DNA of 58,879 nucleotides, counting the filler. It is 6 parts of 6 records of this genome, joined end to end, with 100 filler letters (N's around TTAATTAATTAA, not from the genome) between each part and the next. Parts side by side here need not be neighbours in the genome. Positions count along the whole stretch, not along the records: positions 6,943 to 25,755 come from DRR723986_4293; 5 more parts are not named here. The stretch is one strand, 5' to 3'. Under the pieces are notes generated by a model that was not told where the DNA came from, ran no database searches, and saw nothing but the letters and a program-made list of their open reading frames with translations. Shown one piece after another: positions 8,152-16,981 of this stretch. The translations under genes and the position numbers were made by a program. Position 1 is the first letter of the stretch; each line of letters opens with the position of its first letter.

Positions 8152-11096
8152 GGTTGTTCCTTCGTGTTGCGGCCTTGCCGCAGGTTTGTGACATCGAGAT
8201 GCGTGACCACACAGCCACCGTCACGTAGGCTGGAACTATGCATCAAAAACCACCGCTTTTGCTGCTTTGAATGGCATGGATACAGGGTAGTAAACTGGTC
8301 CTTTTCCCCAGACAGCACGCTTTGCAACCCCTCTAACACCGCAGCCTGACTTGGGTCAGAGGTAGCAGCCTTCTTCAAGACCTCAAGATAATTGATGTTG
8401 CGCCCATCAATCAGCGCCGCATTTGCGCCGTTCTCTTCGGCAAAACGGCGCCAGCTTTCATTGACAATCACGATCGTGCCCGCCGGATCAAGCACCGCCA
8501 AATTCTGCGGCGTGGCATCAACCACCGACTGCAAAAACCGCATGTCCTGCACGCTGGAGACATCGATAAACGACAGCACCACCCGCGCCTCGTGGGCGTT
8601 GCGGCCCATAAAGGGCTGGACAGACACCAGCCAGCTGCGGTTCTGGCGATCTTTGGTTTCCAGCTGTAGCGCCTTTTGGCTATCCAGCGCCTGGGCAATC
8701 AGCGCCTCGAGATCCAATTGATGCACGGTGTTGGTGATATCGGCCAGGGGGCGGCCAATATCCTGATCGCGCAGGCGGAAAATTTCGGTGGCTTGGGCCG
8801 AAAACCGGGTGATCGTGCCGGCGCTGTCTAAAAACACCAGCGGGATGCGCGCCGCGCGCGACAGCCCTTCCAGATCGGCATAGGCCTCGTTCAGCTGCAA
8901 GATCTTTTCCTGCAGCTCGGCGTTCACCGTGTGCAGCTCTTCGTTCACCGATTGCAGCTCTTCGTTGGTGCTTTGCAGCTCTTCGATCGAGGCCATCAGC
9001 TCTTCGTTGCTGGCTTGCAATTCTTCGTTGGCGCTGCCCAGTTCCTCGACGGTGGATTTCAGCGTTGCGCGCACGCGGGCCAGCTCGCCTTCCAGTTCAG
9101 CCGCGCGGCTGGCCGATAATGTGGCCAGATCGCGCGCCTCGGGCGGCAATGCGGCCTCGGCAGGCACGGCTTGCAGCGGCGTGAATGATAACAGCACCAT
9201 CGGCTGGCTTAAATTGGCCGTTTCCGGCAACCGGCGGGTTTCAATTTTGACCGCCGTGTCAAAGGGCAAATCGGGGTCGTCTGCGGGGTGCAAAATGACG
9301 GGCTGCGCGGCCTCGGCATTGCGAAACGCGGCCATCACCACAGTCGAGACAATCGCCGCCGATTGGATCGGCAACAGCTGCATCAGATCAAGCGACGCCC
9401 CCCCATCGCGAAAGCGCAAATACGGGGTGACATCGCCAAACACATGGCGCACCTCGCGGTTGCTATCCACCACCACCGATGGCGGCACAAAGGCGCCTAG
9501 CAGCGCATCAGACAGCCCCCGCGACAGCATATCATCGCCATGCAACACGTTTTGCGCCGTGGCGCTGCGGCCAAGGTCAGCCATCACCGGAATGGGGCGG
9601 CGTTTCATCAGCACCTCGCCCCCAGACAAATGCCGCATCGGCCCAGGCGCGCGATACAGTTTGTTGCGGCTCGACAGGGTTTCCAAATGCCCCGCCAATG
9701 GGCCCAGCGCCTCGGAGCTGCCCAAAAACAGCCCGCCACCGGCCTGCAGCCCAAACAGCATGCGCCGCAACGCGCGTTCCTGTGCCGCAGCCTGGAAATA
9801 GATCAGCACATTGCGGCACACCACCAAATCCAGGTCTAGAAACGGCGGGTCGCCCAAAACATCGTGCTGCGAAAACACAATGGCGCGCCGCAGCGTGGCA
9901 TTCACCTGATAGTGTCGATCCTCGGTCAGGGTGAAATAGCGCGCCAAAATATCTGGCGATAACGATTGCAGCAGCCGCTCGGGGTATTTCCCGGCCGAGG
10001 CCACATCGAGATAGGACCGCTCTATATCGGTGGCAAAGAGCTTGAATTCTAAATCCAGCCCTGTCTCGCGCATGGCTTCAAGAACGGTAATGGCCAGCGA
10101 ATAGGCCTCTTGCCCCGTGGCGCAGCCCACCGACCATGCCCGAAACATCGGCCGTTTGCCCTGTGCTGCGGCCTGCAGGCGGGGTTTGATCACCTCGGTT
10201 GTCAGGGCCTGAAAGGCATCGCCATCGCGAAAAAACGCCGTAACCGGGATCAACATCTCGCGCCGCAGCAGCATGGCTTCTTTGCCACCCTCATCGAACT
10301 GGGCCAGATAGGCGGGCAAATCGTGCTGGCCGGTGGCCAACATGCGCCGCTCGAGCCGCCGCAAGATTGTGTGGGGTTTGTAATTTTCCAGATTGATCTG
10401 AACCTTTTCACCGATGTCTTGCAGCAGGCTTTGGTAATCATCGGCAATATTGTCAGGGGTGGTCATCAAAACCGGGCGCGCGCCCTCGCGAACGATATGT
10501 TCAACCGTGGCCGCCAATTCTGCCGGGTTGCCCGATTTATGCACCAAACCCGTGGCCATCGCGTTCATCGGCATGCCATCAAAAGCGGCGGTATCGGGGC
10601 TTTGCGCCAAGGCCCAGCCACCCGCCTCGACCACCGCTTTCAGCCCCGCCGATCCATCCGAGCCGGTGCCAGACAGCACCAGCCCGATTAACCGATCGTA
10701 GCCAGATTGTGGCAGGCTGTCGAAAAACGCATTGATCGGGTGCGGCGCCCCTTTGACAGGCCGCGGATCAAGGTGAAACCGCTTGTCTGACACGGTCAAT
10801 GTGACGCCCGCAGGGATCACATAGACATGCCCCAATTCCAGCGCCATGCCCTCTTTCACGATATGCACAGGCATGCGCGTATGGCGGCCCAGCAGCGTAT
10901 CCATCATGGTCTCATGGCTGGGCGAGAGGTGCTGAATAACCACAAAGGCCGCAGGCAAAGATTGATCAATGGCGCTGAAAAACCCATCCAGTGCCTCTAG
11001 CCCGCCGGCCGATGCGCCCAATGCAACGATTGCCTCTATTTTCGGATCCGGTCCCGCGGATGACGACATAGTTTGTAAACTCGCTGTTTGCGCCAC
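8148..11096 (-). CDS. CheB methylesterase-CheR methyltransferase fusion with coiled coil and PAS domains
   Basis: CheB GASAGG/IQHL/GSDG; Che[39 protein letters not shown] heptads; C-terminal PAS domains; exact start uncertain (GTG 11096 or ATG 11069). Confidence 0.9.
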   Translation of the reverse strand: MAQTASLQTMSSSAGPDPKIEAIVALGASAGGLEALDGFFSAIDQSLPAAFVVIQHLSPSHETMMDTLLGRHTRMPVHIVKEGMALELGHVYVIPAGVTLTVSDKRFHLDPRPVKGAPHPINAFFDSLPQSGYDRLIGLVLSGTGSDGSAGLKAVVEAGGWALAQSPDTAAFDGMPMNAMATGLVHKSGNPAELAATVEHIVREGARPVLMTTPDNIADDYQSLLQDIGEKVQINLENYKPHTILRRLERRMLATGQHDLPAYLAQFDEGGKEAMLLRREMLIPVTAFFRDGDAFQALTTEVIKPRLQAAAQGKRPMFRAWSVGCATGQEAYSLAITVLEAMRETGLDLEFKLFATDIERSYLDVASAGKYPERLLQSLSPDILARYFTLTEDRHYQVNATLRRAIVFSQHDVLGDPPFLDLDLVVCRNVLIYFQAAAQERALRRMLFGLQAGGGLFLGSSEALGPLAGHLETLSSRNKLYRAPGPMRHLSGGEVLMKRRPIPVMADLGRSATAQNVLHGDDMLSRGLSDALLGAFVPPSVVVDSNREVRHVFGDVTPYLRFRDGGASLDLMQLLPIQSAAIVSTVVMAAFRNAEAAQPVILHPADDPDLPFDTAVKIETRRLPETANLSQPMVLLSFTPLQAVPAEAALPPEARDLATLSASRAAELEGELARVRATLKSTVEELGSANEELQASNEELMASIEELQSTNEELQSVNEELHTVNAELQEKILQLNEAYADLEGLSRAARIPLVFLDSAGTITRFSAQATEIFRLRDQDIGRPLADITNTVHQLDLEALIAQALDSQKALQLETKDRQNRSWLVSVQPFMGRNAHEARVVLSFIDVSSVQDMRFLQSVVDATPQNLAVLDPAGTIVIVNESWRRFAEENGANAALIDGRNINYLEVLKKAATSDPSQAAVLEGLQSVLSGEKDQFTTLYPCHSKQQKRWFLMHSSSLRDGGCVVTHLDVTNLRQGRNTKEQP
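8905..9050 (-). repeat. 21-bp periodic repeat encoding (N/I)EELxS heptads in the CheBR coiled coil
   Basis: cagctcttcg recurs at 8934, 8955, 8976, 8997, with variant caattcttcg at 9018; protein [41 protein letters not shown]. Confidence 0.85.
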
Positions 11097-11232
11097 GATA
11101 AAAACAGGCGAGGCAGAAGGAAACTGAAATTTTTAACCATTTTGTCACTTTCACCACGCCCAGCCCCTTGGCGCCTGTGGCCTTGCCTTTTTTGGCGGGC
11201 TGGCCCAGCATCGCCGAAAACGGGGGGCGCAG

Positions 11233-12246
11233 ATGATTTATCCAGAAGATCTAGACAGCTGGCACGCACAAATTGCCGAGCCCATCTTGGACCCCGCGCG
11301 CGAAATCGTGGATCCGCATCACCACCTGTGGCCTGAAAGGCTGGGCAGCCGATACGAGCTGGATCAGCTGTGGGCCGACACGGGCAGTGGGCATAATGTG
11401 CGCCAAACGGTCTTTATCGAATGCGGCGCCGCCTATGACCGCGAGGCGGCCGGGCGCGACCCATTCGCGCCAGTGAACGAAACCCGCTATGTGCATGGCT
11501 TGGCAGAACAGGCGCAAACCCAGCCCCAAAAGGCCCAGATTGCCGCCATCATCGCCCATGCCGATCTGCGCCTGCCGGCAGATACGCTGGCCCAAGTGCT
11601 GGCCGCCCATCAGGCCGCCTCGCCGCTGTTTCGCGGTATCCGCCATGCCGGCGCCTATGATCCGCAGCGCGCGCAGATCATGTTCAAAGGTGGGCGCGAT
11701 GCGGGGCTGTATCTTGACCCCGATTTCCAGCGCGGCGTGCACATGTTGGGCGCGCAGGGGCTTAGCTATGACACCTGGCATTTTCACCCCCAAAATGGCG
11801 AGTTTTTGGCGCTGGCGCAGGCCTGCCCCGATACCACGATTGTTCTAGATCACTTCGGCACGCCCATGGGCACGTTGCGTTTTGCAGGCCAGCGCGAGGC
11901 AGGCTTTGCCCAGTGGCAGCGCGAGATGGAGGCCATCGCCCGCTGCCCCAATGTGGTGGCAAAGCTGGGTGGGCTGGCCATGCCGGTGAATGGTTTTGGC
12001 TGGGATGGCCGGGCCGTGCCCCCCACCTCGGACGAGCTGGTGGCGGCCCAGGGCCAGTATTACAGCCATATGTTGCAGGTTTTCGGCCCCGAGCGGTGCA
12101 TGTTTGAATCAAACTTTCCGGTCGATAAACTGTCGGTTGGCTATGGCGTTTACTGGAACGCGATGAAGAAAATCGCAGCCCCCCTGCCCGAGGCGGCGCA
12201 AGCGGCGCTGTTTTCGGGCACGGCGCGGCGCATCTACCGCCTTTAG
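11233..12246 (+). CDS. Amidohydrolase_2 family protein (COG3618-like lactonase/hydrolase)
   Basis: IVDPHHHLW, FRGIRH, IVLDHFG, VAKLGG, RCMFESNFPVD. Confidence 0.85.
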   Translation: MIYPEDLDSWHAQIAEPILDPAREIVDPHHHLWPERLGSRYELDQLWADTGSGHNVRQTVFIECGAAYDREAAGRDPFAPVNETRYVHGLAEQAQTQPQKAQIAAIIAHADLRLPADTLAQVLAAHQAASPLFRGIRHAGAYDPQRAQIMFKGGRDAGLYLDPDFQRGVHMLGAQGLSYDTWHFHPQNGEFLALAQACPDTTIVLDHFGTPMGTLRFAGQREAGFAQWQREMEAIARCPNVVAKLGGLAMPVNGFGWDGRAVPPTSDELVAAQGQYYSHMLQVFGPERCMFESNFPVDKLSVGYGVYWNAMKKIAAPLPEAAQAALFSGTARRIYRL

Positions 12247-13451
12247 CTTTGGCCGTCGCGCCCGGGCCTAAGCGCCATCAGCGCCACAAAGGATGCCACC
12301 CCCAAAGCGCCCGTTACCCATAGCGCGACCAGCCCCCATGCCGCCAAGGCGCTGCCAAAGATCAAAGGCGCCGCCGCCTGCAGCACGCGGGCCGGTGCGT
12401 TCAGCCAGCCCAGCCGCTGGCCATAGCCCGCAGGCCCGAACAGCGCCAGGGGCAAGGTGCCTTTGGCAATCGTCAGCACCCCGTTGCCCGCCCCGTGCAA
12501 CAGCGCAAACCCATAGGCCGCAGGCCCGCCAAAAAGCGCCAGCACCACCGCCGCCGCCGGGTGGGTGGCGGCCGCCAGCCGCGCCGATACCAATGGGTGA
12601 AAGCGGTGCAAAACCCCAAATTCCAGCAGCCGTGCGGCCACTTGCGCCGGCCCGATCAGCGCCCCTGCCGCAATCGCCACGCCCAAACTGGCCCCGCCTG
12701 CCTGCAACACGGCGGGCAAATGGGCGGCCATGGCGGTGGCGTTAAACCATGTCACCGCAAAGACAAAGGCCAGCAACGCCATGGCCCAGTGCCCCGGCGC
12801 ACCCTGGGCATTGGGCGGCTGTTGGGCTGGCGTGTCTGGGCCGGGCATGGGGGGCGGGTTTGGCCTGGCGGCTGCCGCCGGGCTGGGCAGGCAGGCGTTT
12901 AGCGGCAAGGCCAGCCCGATTTGCAAGACCGCCCAGCCAAAACACGCCCCGCGCCAGCCCCACTCGGCCAGCATCAGGCCAGACAGGGGCCAGCCAATGG
13001 TGCTGGCAAACCCCGCAATCAGGGTGATGCCTGTGATCGGGCCACGCGCCTTGGCGCCATAGATGCCCGCCAAACTGGCAAAGCCCGCCTCGTATAGGCC
13101 AATGCCCATGCCAAGGCCCATCACCGCCCAGCCCAAATACAACACCGCCAGATGCGGCGACAGCGCCAGCAGGCACAGGCCGGCGGCAAAAATCAGGTTC
13201 GACAGCATCAGCACGCCGCGCCCGCCCAGCCCATCGATGCGCGCGCCCGCCCAAGGCCCCACCATGGCCGATACCACCAACGCCAGCGAGAAAGCCGCAA
13301 AAACCCACACGGGCGATTGGCCAAAACTGGCAGCCATAGGCGCGGCCAGCACCGCTGGCAGATAATAGCTGCACGCCCAGCTGATGGTCAGCGCAGTGCC
13401 CAGCGCCCCCACCACCCAGTTTTTCTGGCCAGCCTCTAGCCGCACCAGCAT
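12243..13451 (-). CDS. MFS transporter
   Basis: Many hydrophobic helices, GARIDGLGGR motif A, Pro-rich central loop. Confidence 0.85.
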   Translation of the reverse strand: MLVRLEAGQKNWVVGALGTALTISWACSYYLPAVLAAPMAASFGQSPVWVFAAFSLALVVSAMVGPWAGARIDGLGGRGVLMLSNLIFAAGLCLLALSPHLAVLYLGWAVMGLGMGIGLYEAGFASLAGIYGAKARGPITGITLIAGFASTIGWPLSGLMLAEWGWRGACFGWAVLQIGLALPLNACLPSPAAAARPNPPPMPGPDTPAQQPPNAQGAPGHWAMALLAFVFAVTWFNATAMAAHLPAVLQAGGASLGVAIAAGALIGPAQVAARLLEFGVLHRFHPLVSARLAAATHPAAAVVLALFGGPAAYGFALLHGAGNGVLTIAKGTLPLALFGPAGYGQRLGWLNAPARVLQAAAPLIFGSALAAWGLVALWVTGALGVASFVALMALRPGRDGQS

Positions 13452-13454
13452 GGG

Positions 13455-14063
13455 TTAGGCGTGTTGGCTGGTCAGCGGGCTGACAACCCCCTCTTTGATC
13501 ACCGCCGGGTCATAGGCCTTGCGCCCAAAAACCTGGCGCACCATCGGCTCGAACGTGGCCAAGGGTTCGGTCGGGTAATCGGGATCAAAGCTGGATTGAT
13601 CCCAGCGTTCGCAAAATTCGGCACAGCTGTCAAAACAGGGGTGGTCGCGGAATTGATCGCGTGCGTTGCGGTCCCAGCCATAATGGTGGCCGTAATAGAG
13701 CATCTGAAAAATGCCGTGATGTTCCACCACCCAGGCCACATCCCAGCGCACAAAGGGGCGGATCACCTCGGCGGACATGCGATCGTGGTTTTGCGGGGCC
13801 AGCCCATCGCCGATATCATGCAGCAAAGCGCCTACAACCCAATCAATATCGGCCCCGTCGCGCAGCGCCCGCGTGCCCGATTGCAACCCGTGCTGCAGGC
13901 GGGTGATGCGATAGCCCTCTAGCGTGGCATCGCCCGCGCGGCGCAACTCATCCATCACCCGATCGGCGGTCAGCGCCAAAAACGGCTTTTCCAGCTTTGC
14001 CAGCAGCTCGTATTCCTCGCGCGTGCCATCTTTCATCGCGGTGAAGCTGACGGTTTCGCTCAT
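13455..14063 (-). CDS. HD-domain metalloenzyme (COG4341/PhnZ-fold-like, putative diiron enzyme)
   Basis: LQHGLQS, LLHDIGD, NHD, EHH, RWDQ give an H...HD...H...H...D set of six candidate metal ligands. Confidence 0.8.
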   Translation of the reverse strand: MSETVSFTAMKDGTREEYELLAKLEKPFLALTADRVMDELRRAGDATLEGYRITRLQHGLQSGTRALRDGADIDWVVGALLHDIGDGLAPQNHDRMSAEVIRPFVRWDVAWVVEHHGIFQMLYYGHHYGWDRNARDQFRDHPCFDSCAEFCERWDQSSFDPDYPTEPLATFEPMVRQVFGRKAYDPAVIKEGVVSPLTSQHA

Positions 14064-14926
14064 GTCGCAGATCCTTTTTCATAAAGCGCCACCTTCCCCG
14101 TGGCCCCGGCCGATAATGCTGCAGACTGGCCCATCAAGATACGGTCGTAAAGGGCCAGATCGGCGGCATCAAACAGGCCACGCGCGCCTGCAATGCAATC
14201 CCAGCCGCCGCGGGGCACCTCGCCGCGCACGGGCATGGCCCAATCGCGGCCCGGCGCATGATCGCGCACCGCGGGCGTGACATAGCGGATGGCCAGCCCA
14301 ATACGCCGGTCGGTGCCTTGATTGGGCCCCGAGGCATGAAAACACCGCCCGTGATGCAGCGACATTTGCCCCGGCGATAACGGGCCATGCACCGCCTGCG
14401 CCTCGTCTACACCGCCAATTTCCTGGCCGCGCGACAGCAAATTATCTGCGGCGAACGTATCGTTATGGGGCACAATGCCGCCCAAATGGCTGCCGGGCAA
14501 AAACCGCATGCACCCCGCTTGCTGGCTGACATCAGACAGCGCCACCCAAGCCGTGACCTCGTCGTTGGTTTCGCCCATGCCCCAATAGGTGATATCTTGG
14601 TGCCAAGAGACAGTTTTGGCGCTGCCTGGCTCTTTGATGAACAATTCCACCGACCACGCCAGCAGATCTGGCCCCAAAATCGCCTCGACCGGCGCCAAAA
14701 TCGCCGGGTGGCGGGCCGCTTGGGCCAAGGCGGGTATCACCACATGGCCATTGACCCGAAAAAACTGGGCCAGGCTATGGCCGCCTGCACCGGCGGCGTG
14801 ATGCGCCTCTAGCCATTCGATATAGGCGCGCATTTCTGCCACCTCACGCAAGGAAAGCGCGGGCAGCCCCGCCACAAAGCCTTGGGTGTTATAGGTGGCT
14901 ACAACCTTGCCTAAGTGATCCAACAT
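14060..14926 (-). CDS. PhyH-family Fe(II)/2-oxoglutarate dioxygenase
   Basis: FIKEPG, WHQD (HxD), TAWVALSD, GCMRFLPGSH, distal H (CFHASGPN), RRIG; RBS AGAGG before ATG 14926. Confidence 0.9.
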   Translation of the reverse strand: MLDHLGKVVATYNTQGFVAGLPALSLREVAEMRAYIEWLEAHHAAGAGGHSLAQFFRVNGHVVIPALAQAARHPAILAPVEAILGPDLLAWSVELFIKEPGSAKTVSWHQDITYWGMGETNDEVTAWVALSDVSQQAGCMRFLPGSHLGGIVPHNDTFAADNLLSRGQEIGGVDEAQAVHGPLSPGQMSLHHGRCFHASGPNQGTDRRIGLAIRYVTPAVRDHAPGRDWAMPVRGEVPRGGWDCIAGARGLFDAADLALYDRILMGQSAALSAGATGKVALYEKGSAT

Positions 14927-15003
14927 CTGTGCCTCTTTGATTGCCAAGCACAGGCTACTGCGGCGCAAACCATGGCGGTAACGCTTTCTCTTGACCGCGA
15001 GGA

Positions 15004-15016
15004 TAAGAAAAACTTA
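15004..15016. promoter_or_regulatory. LysR-type T-N11-A recognition site between divergent PhyH and LysR genes
   Basis: TAAG-AAAAA-CTTA dyad just upstream of the LysR start. Confidence 0.65.
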
Positions 15017-15025
15017 GCCTGCGTC

Positions 15026-15913
15026 ATGGCCAAGGGAACACCGTCGCTGAACCTGATCCGCGTCTTTGATGCCGCCGCGCGCACTGGCAGTTTTGCCCGT
15101 GCGGCCCAGCGGCTGGCCATGTCGGCCCCCGCCGTCAGCCAGCAAATCCGCGCGCTGGAGCAGCATTTGGGCCGCCAGCTGTTTCACCGCGACGCGGCCG
15201 GTGTGCGCCTGACAGACGAGGGGCGCGCCCTGCTATCGGCCTGCACTGCGCCTTTGGCCCAGATCGAAAGCGCCACAGCGGAATTTGCCCGCCCACGGCA
15301 AAAAACCTTGGTTGTCGGGGCATCGCTGATGTTTTCCGTGGCATGGCTGGCCCCGCGCCTGCCACAGTTTTTATCGGCACACCCCAGCCTGCGCCTGGAT
15401 CTGCGCACCCTTTATGGCCGGCCAGAACAGGGTGGGCACGATATGGATATCTGGGTGGCTTTTGGCCCCTTTAGCCCCGGGCTGGTGGCGCAGCGCCTGT
15501 TTGGGGAAAGGCTCACCCCCGTGGCCACGCCCAAATTGGCCCAGACGATCCGCACCCAGGCCGCGCTGCTGGCCCAAAACCTGATCGAGCCATCAGCCCA
15601 CGAAACCACATGGGCGCATGTGCTGGGCCTGCAGCTGCTGCCCGCCGGGGTGCGCCTGACCAAGGTTGATAATTCGCTGGCGGCCCTAAACCTGGCCGCA
15701 GCTGGTGGCGGCGTGGCGCTGGCGCGCGCGCCGGCCACAGATGGGCTGGTGGCGCAGCTGGGCCTGCAGCCCTGCGCCCTGCCCGAATGCAGCATCATCG
15801 GCGCCGAAGCCTATCATGTTTTGCACCCGGAAAGCCCCACGCCACGCCCAGAAACGCGCCAGTTTCGCGATTGGCTGCTGGCGCAAGCGGCCAGCGCAGC
15901 CTTGCCCGATTGA
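15026..15913 (+). CDS. LysR-family transcriptional regulator (GcvA-like)
   Basis: SLNLIRVFDAAARTGSFARAAQRLAMSAPAVSQQIRALEQHLG HTH; WLAPRLPQF. Confidence 0.92.
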   Translation: MAKGTPSLNLIRVFDAAARTGSFARAAQRLAMSAPAVSQQIRALEQHLGRQLFHRDAAGVRLTDEGRALLSACTAPLAQIESATAEFARPRQKTLVVGASLMFSVAWLAPRLPQFLSAHPSLRLDLRTLYGRPEQGGHDMDIWVAFGPFSPGLVAQRLFGERLTPVATPKLAQTIRTQAALLAQNLIEPSAHETTWAHVLGLQLLPAGVRLTKVDNSLAALNLAAAGGGVALARAPATDGLVAQLGLQPCALPECSIIGAEAYHVLHPESPTPRPETRQFRDWLLAQAASAALPD

Positions 15914-15967
15914 CCGGCCACAGATCGCGGTGCAGGGTGGGTGCAAAACCAGCCGCAGGGGGGCAAA

Positions 15968-16879
15968 ATGACAGATTTCAGCGCAGGCGCTGCATGGATG
16001 CGCGGGCAGGTGATGCCGATCGAGCAAGCCCATATCGGGGTGCTCGACTGGGGGCTGACCCATAGCGATGTCACCTATGATGTGGTGCCCGTATGGCGGG
16101 GCGGTTTTTTCCGGCTTGAGGATTATCTTGATCGCTTCATGGCCTCGATGGCGGATCTGCGGCTAGATCCGGCCATGACGCGCGATGAAATCCGTGCGGC
16201 ACTGGTGCAGATGGTGGCCAGATCGGGCCTGCGCGATGCCTATGTGGCCATGGTCTGCGCGCGCGGGGCGCCGCTGATACCAGGCACGCGCGACCCGCGC
16301 TATTGCGCCAACCACTTTTTCGCCTGGTGCGTGCCTTATGTGAATATCATCCCGCTCGATCGTGTGGCGGCTGGCGTCAGCGTCTATGTGCCCGATGATA
16401 TTTTCCGCATTCCCGAAGATTGCGTAAACCCGCGCGCCAAGAATTATCATTGGGGCGATTTCACCCAAGGGCTGTTTGCCGCCAAAGACCGCGGTTTTGA
16501 TACCGTGCTGTTGACAGATCATCAGGGCAATATCACCGAAGGCCCGGGCTTTAACGCGTTTATCATCAAGGATGGGCAGGTGATCACATCAGATCACGGC
16601 GTATTGCACGGGCTGACGCGCCGCACCGCCATCGAGATGTGCCAAAGCCAAGGCTATAGCGTGCAAACCCGCCCCCTGCCCATGGCCGAATTCCTGGAAG
16701 CCGACGAGGTATTTCTAACAACCTCCTCGGGTGGGGTATTGCCAGTGGTGCAGGTAAACGAGCGCCATTTCAGCAATGGTGCGCCGGGGCCGCAGGCGCT
16801 GGCCCTGCGCAGCACTTACGAGGCATGGATGCAGCGCGCCGATTTTCGCACCGAACTAAACTATGCCACCGCCCAATAA
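15968..16879 (+). CDS. Class IV PLP aminotransferase, (R)-amine transaminase-like
   Basis: GLTHSDVTYDV, RDAYVAMV, AKNYHWGD (catalytic Lys), TEGPGFNAF, LHGLTR, EVFLTTSSGG. Confidence 0.85.
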   Translation: MTDFSAGAAWMRGQVMPIEQAHIGVLDWGLTHSDVTYDVVPVWRGGFFRLEDYLDRFMASMADLRLDPAMTRDEIRAALVQMVARSGLRDAYVAMVCARGAPLIPGTRDPRYCANHFFAWCVPYVNIIPLDRVAAGVSVYVPDDIFRIPEDCVNPRAKNYHWGDFTQGLFAAKDRGFDTVLLTDHQGNITEGPGFNAFIIKDGQVITSDHGVLHGLTRRTAIEMCQSQGYSVQTRPLPMAEFLEADEVFLTTSSGGVLPVVQVNERHFSNGAPGPQALALRSTYEAWMQRADFRTELNYATAQ

Positions 16880-16981
16880 GGCAGGGCCAAGCGCGCGCGC
16901 CATGAAAAGCTTGCAAAAAGGCCATTAACGCGGCCTAATCTGGGCTGTTCAGGCTGAAAACGGGTCAAAAGGGGGTAATAA

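Noticed and set aside
14060-14926. Possible SyrB2-like halogenase or ectoine hydroxylase EctD
   Set aside because: The facial triad has HQD (carboxylate present), unlike halogenases; the EctD signature is absent and the ect genes are on a different contig
13455-14926. Direct call as phnY/phnZ or tmpAB
   Set aside because: Substrate-binding motifs of PhnZ/TmpB are not recognisable and there is no phosphonate transporter context; kept only as an analogy
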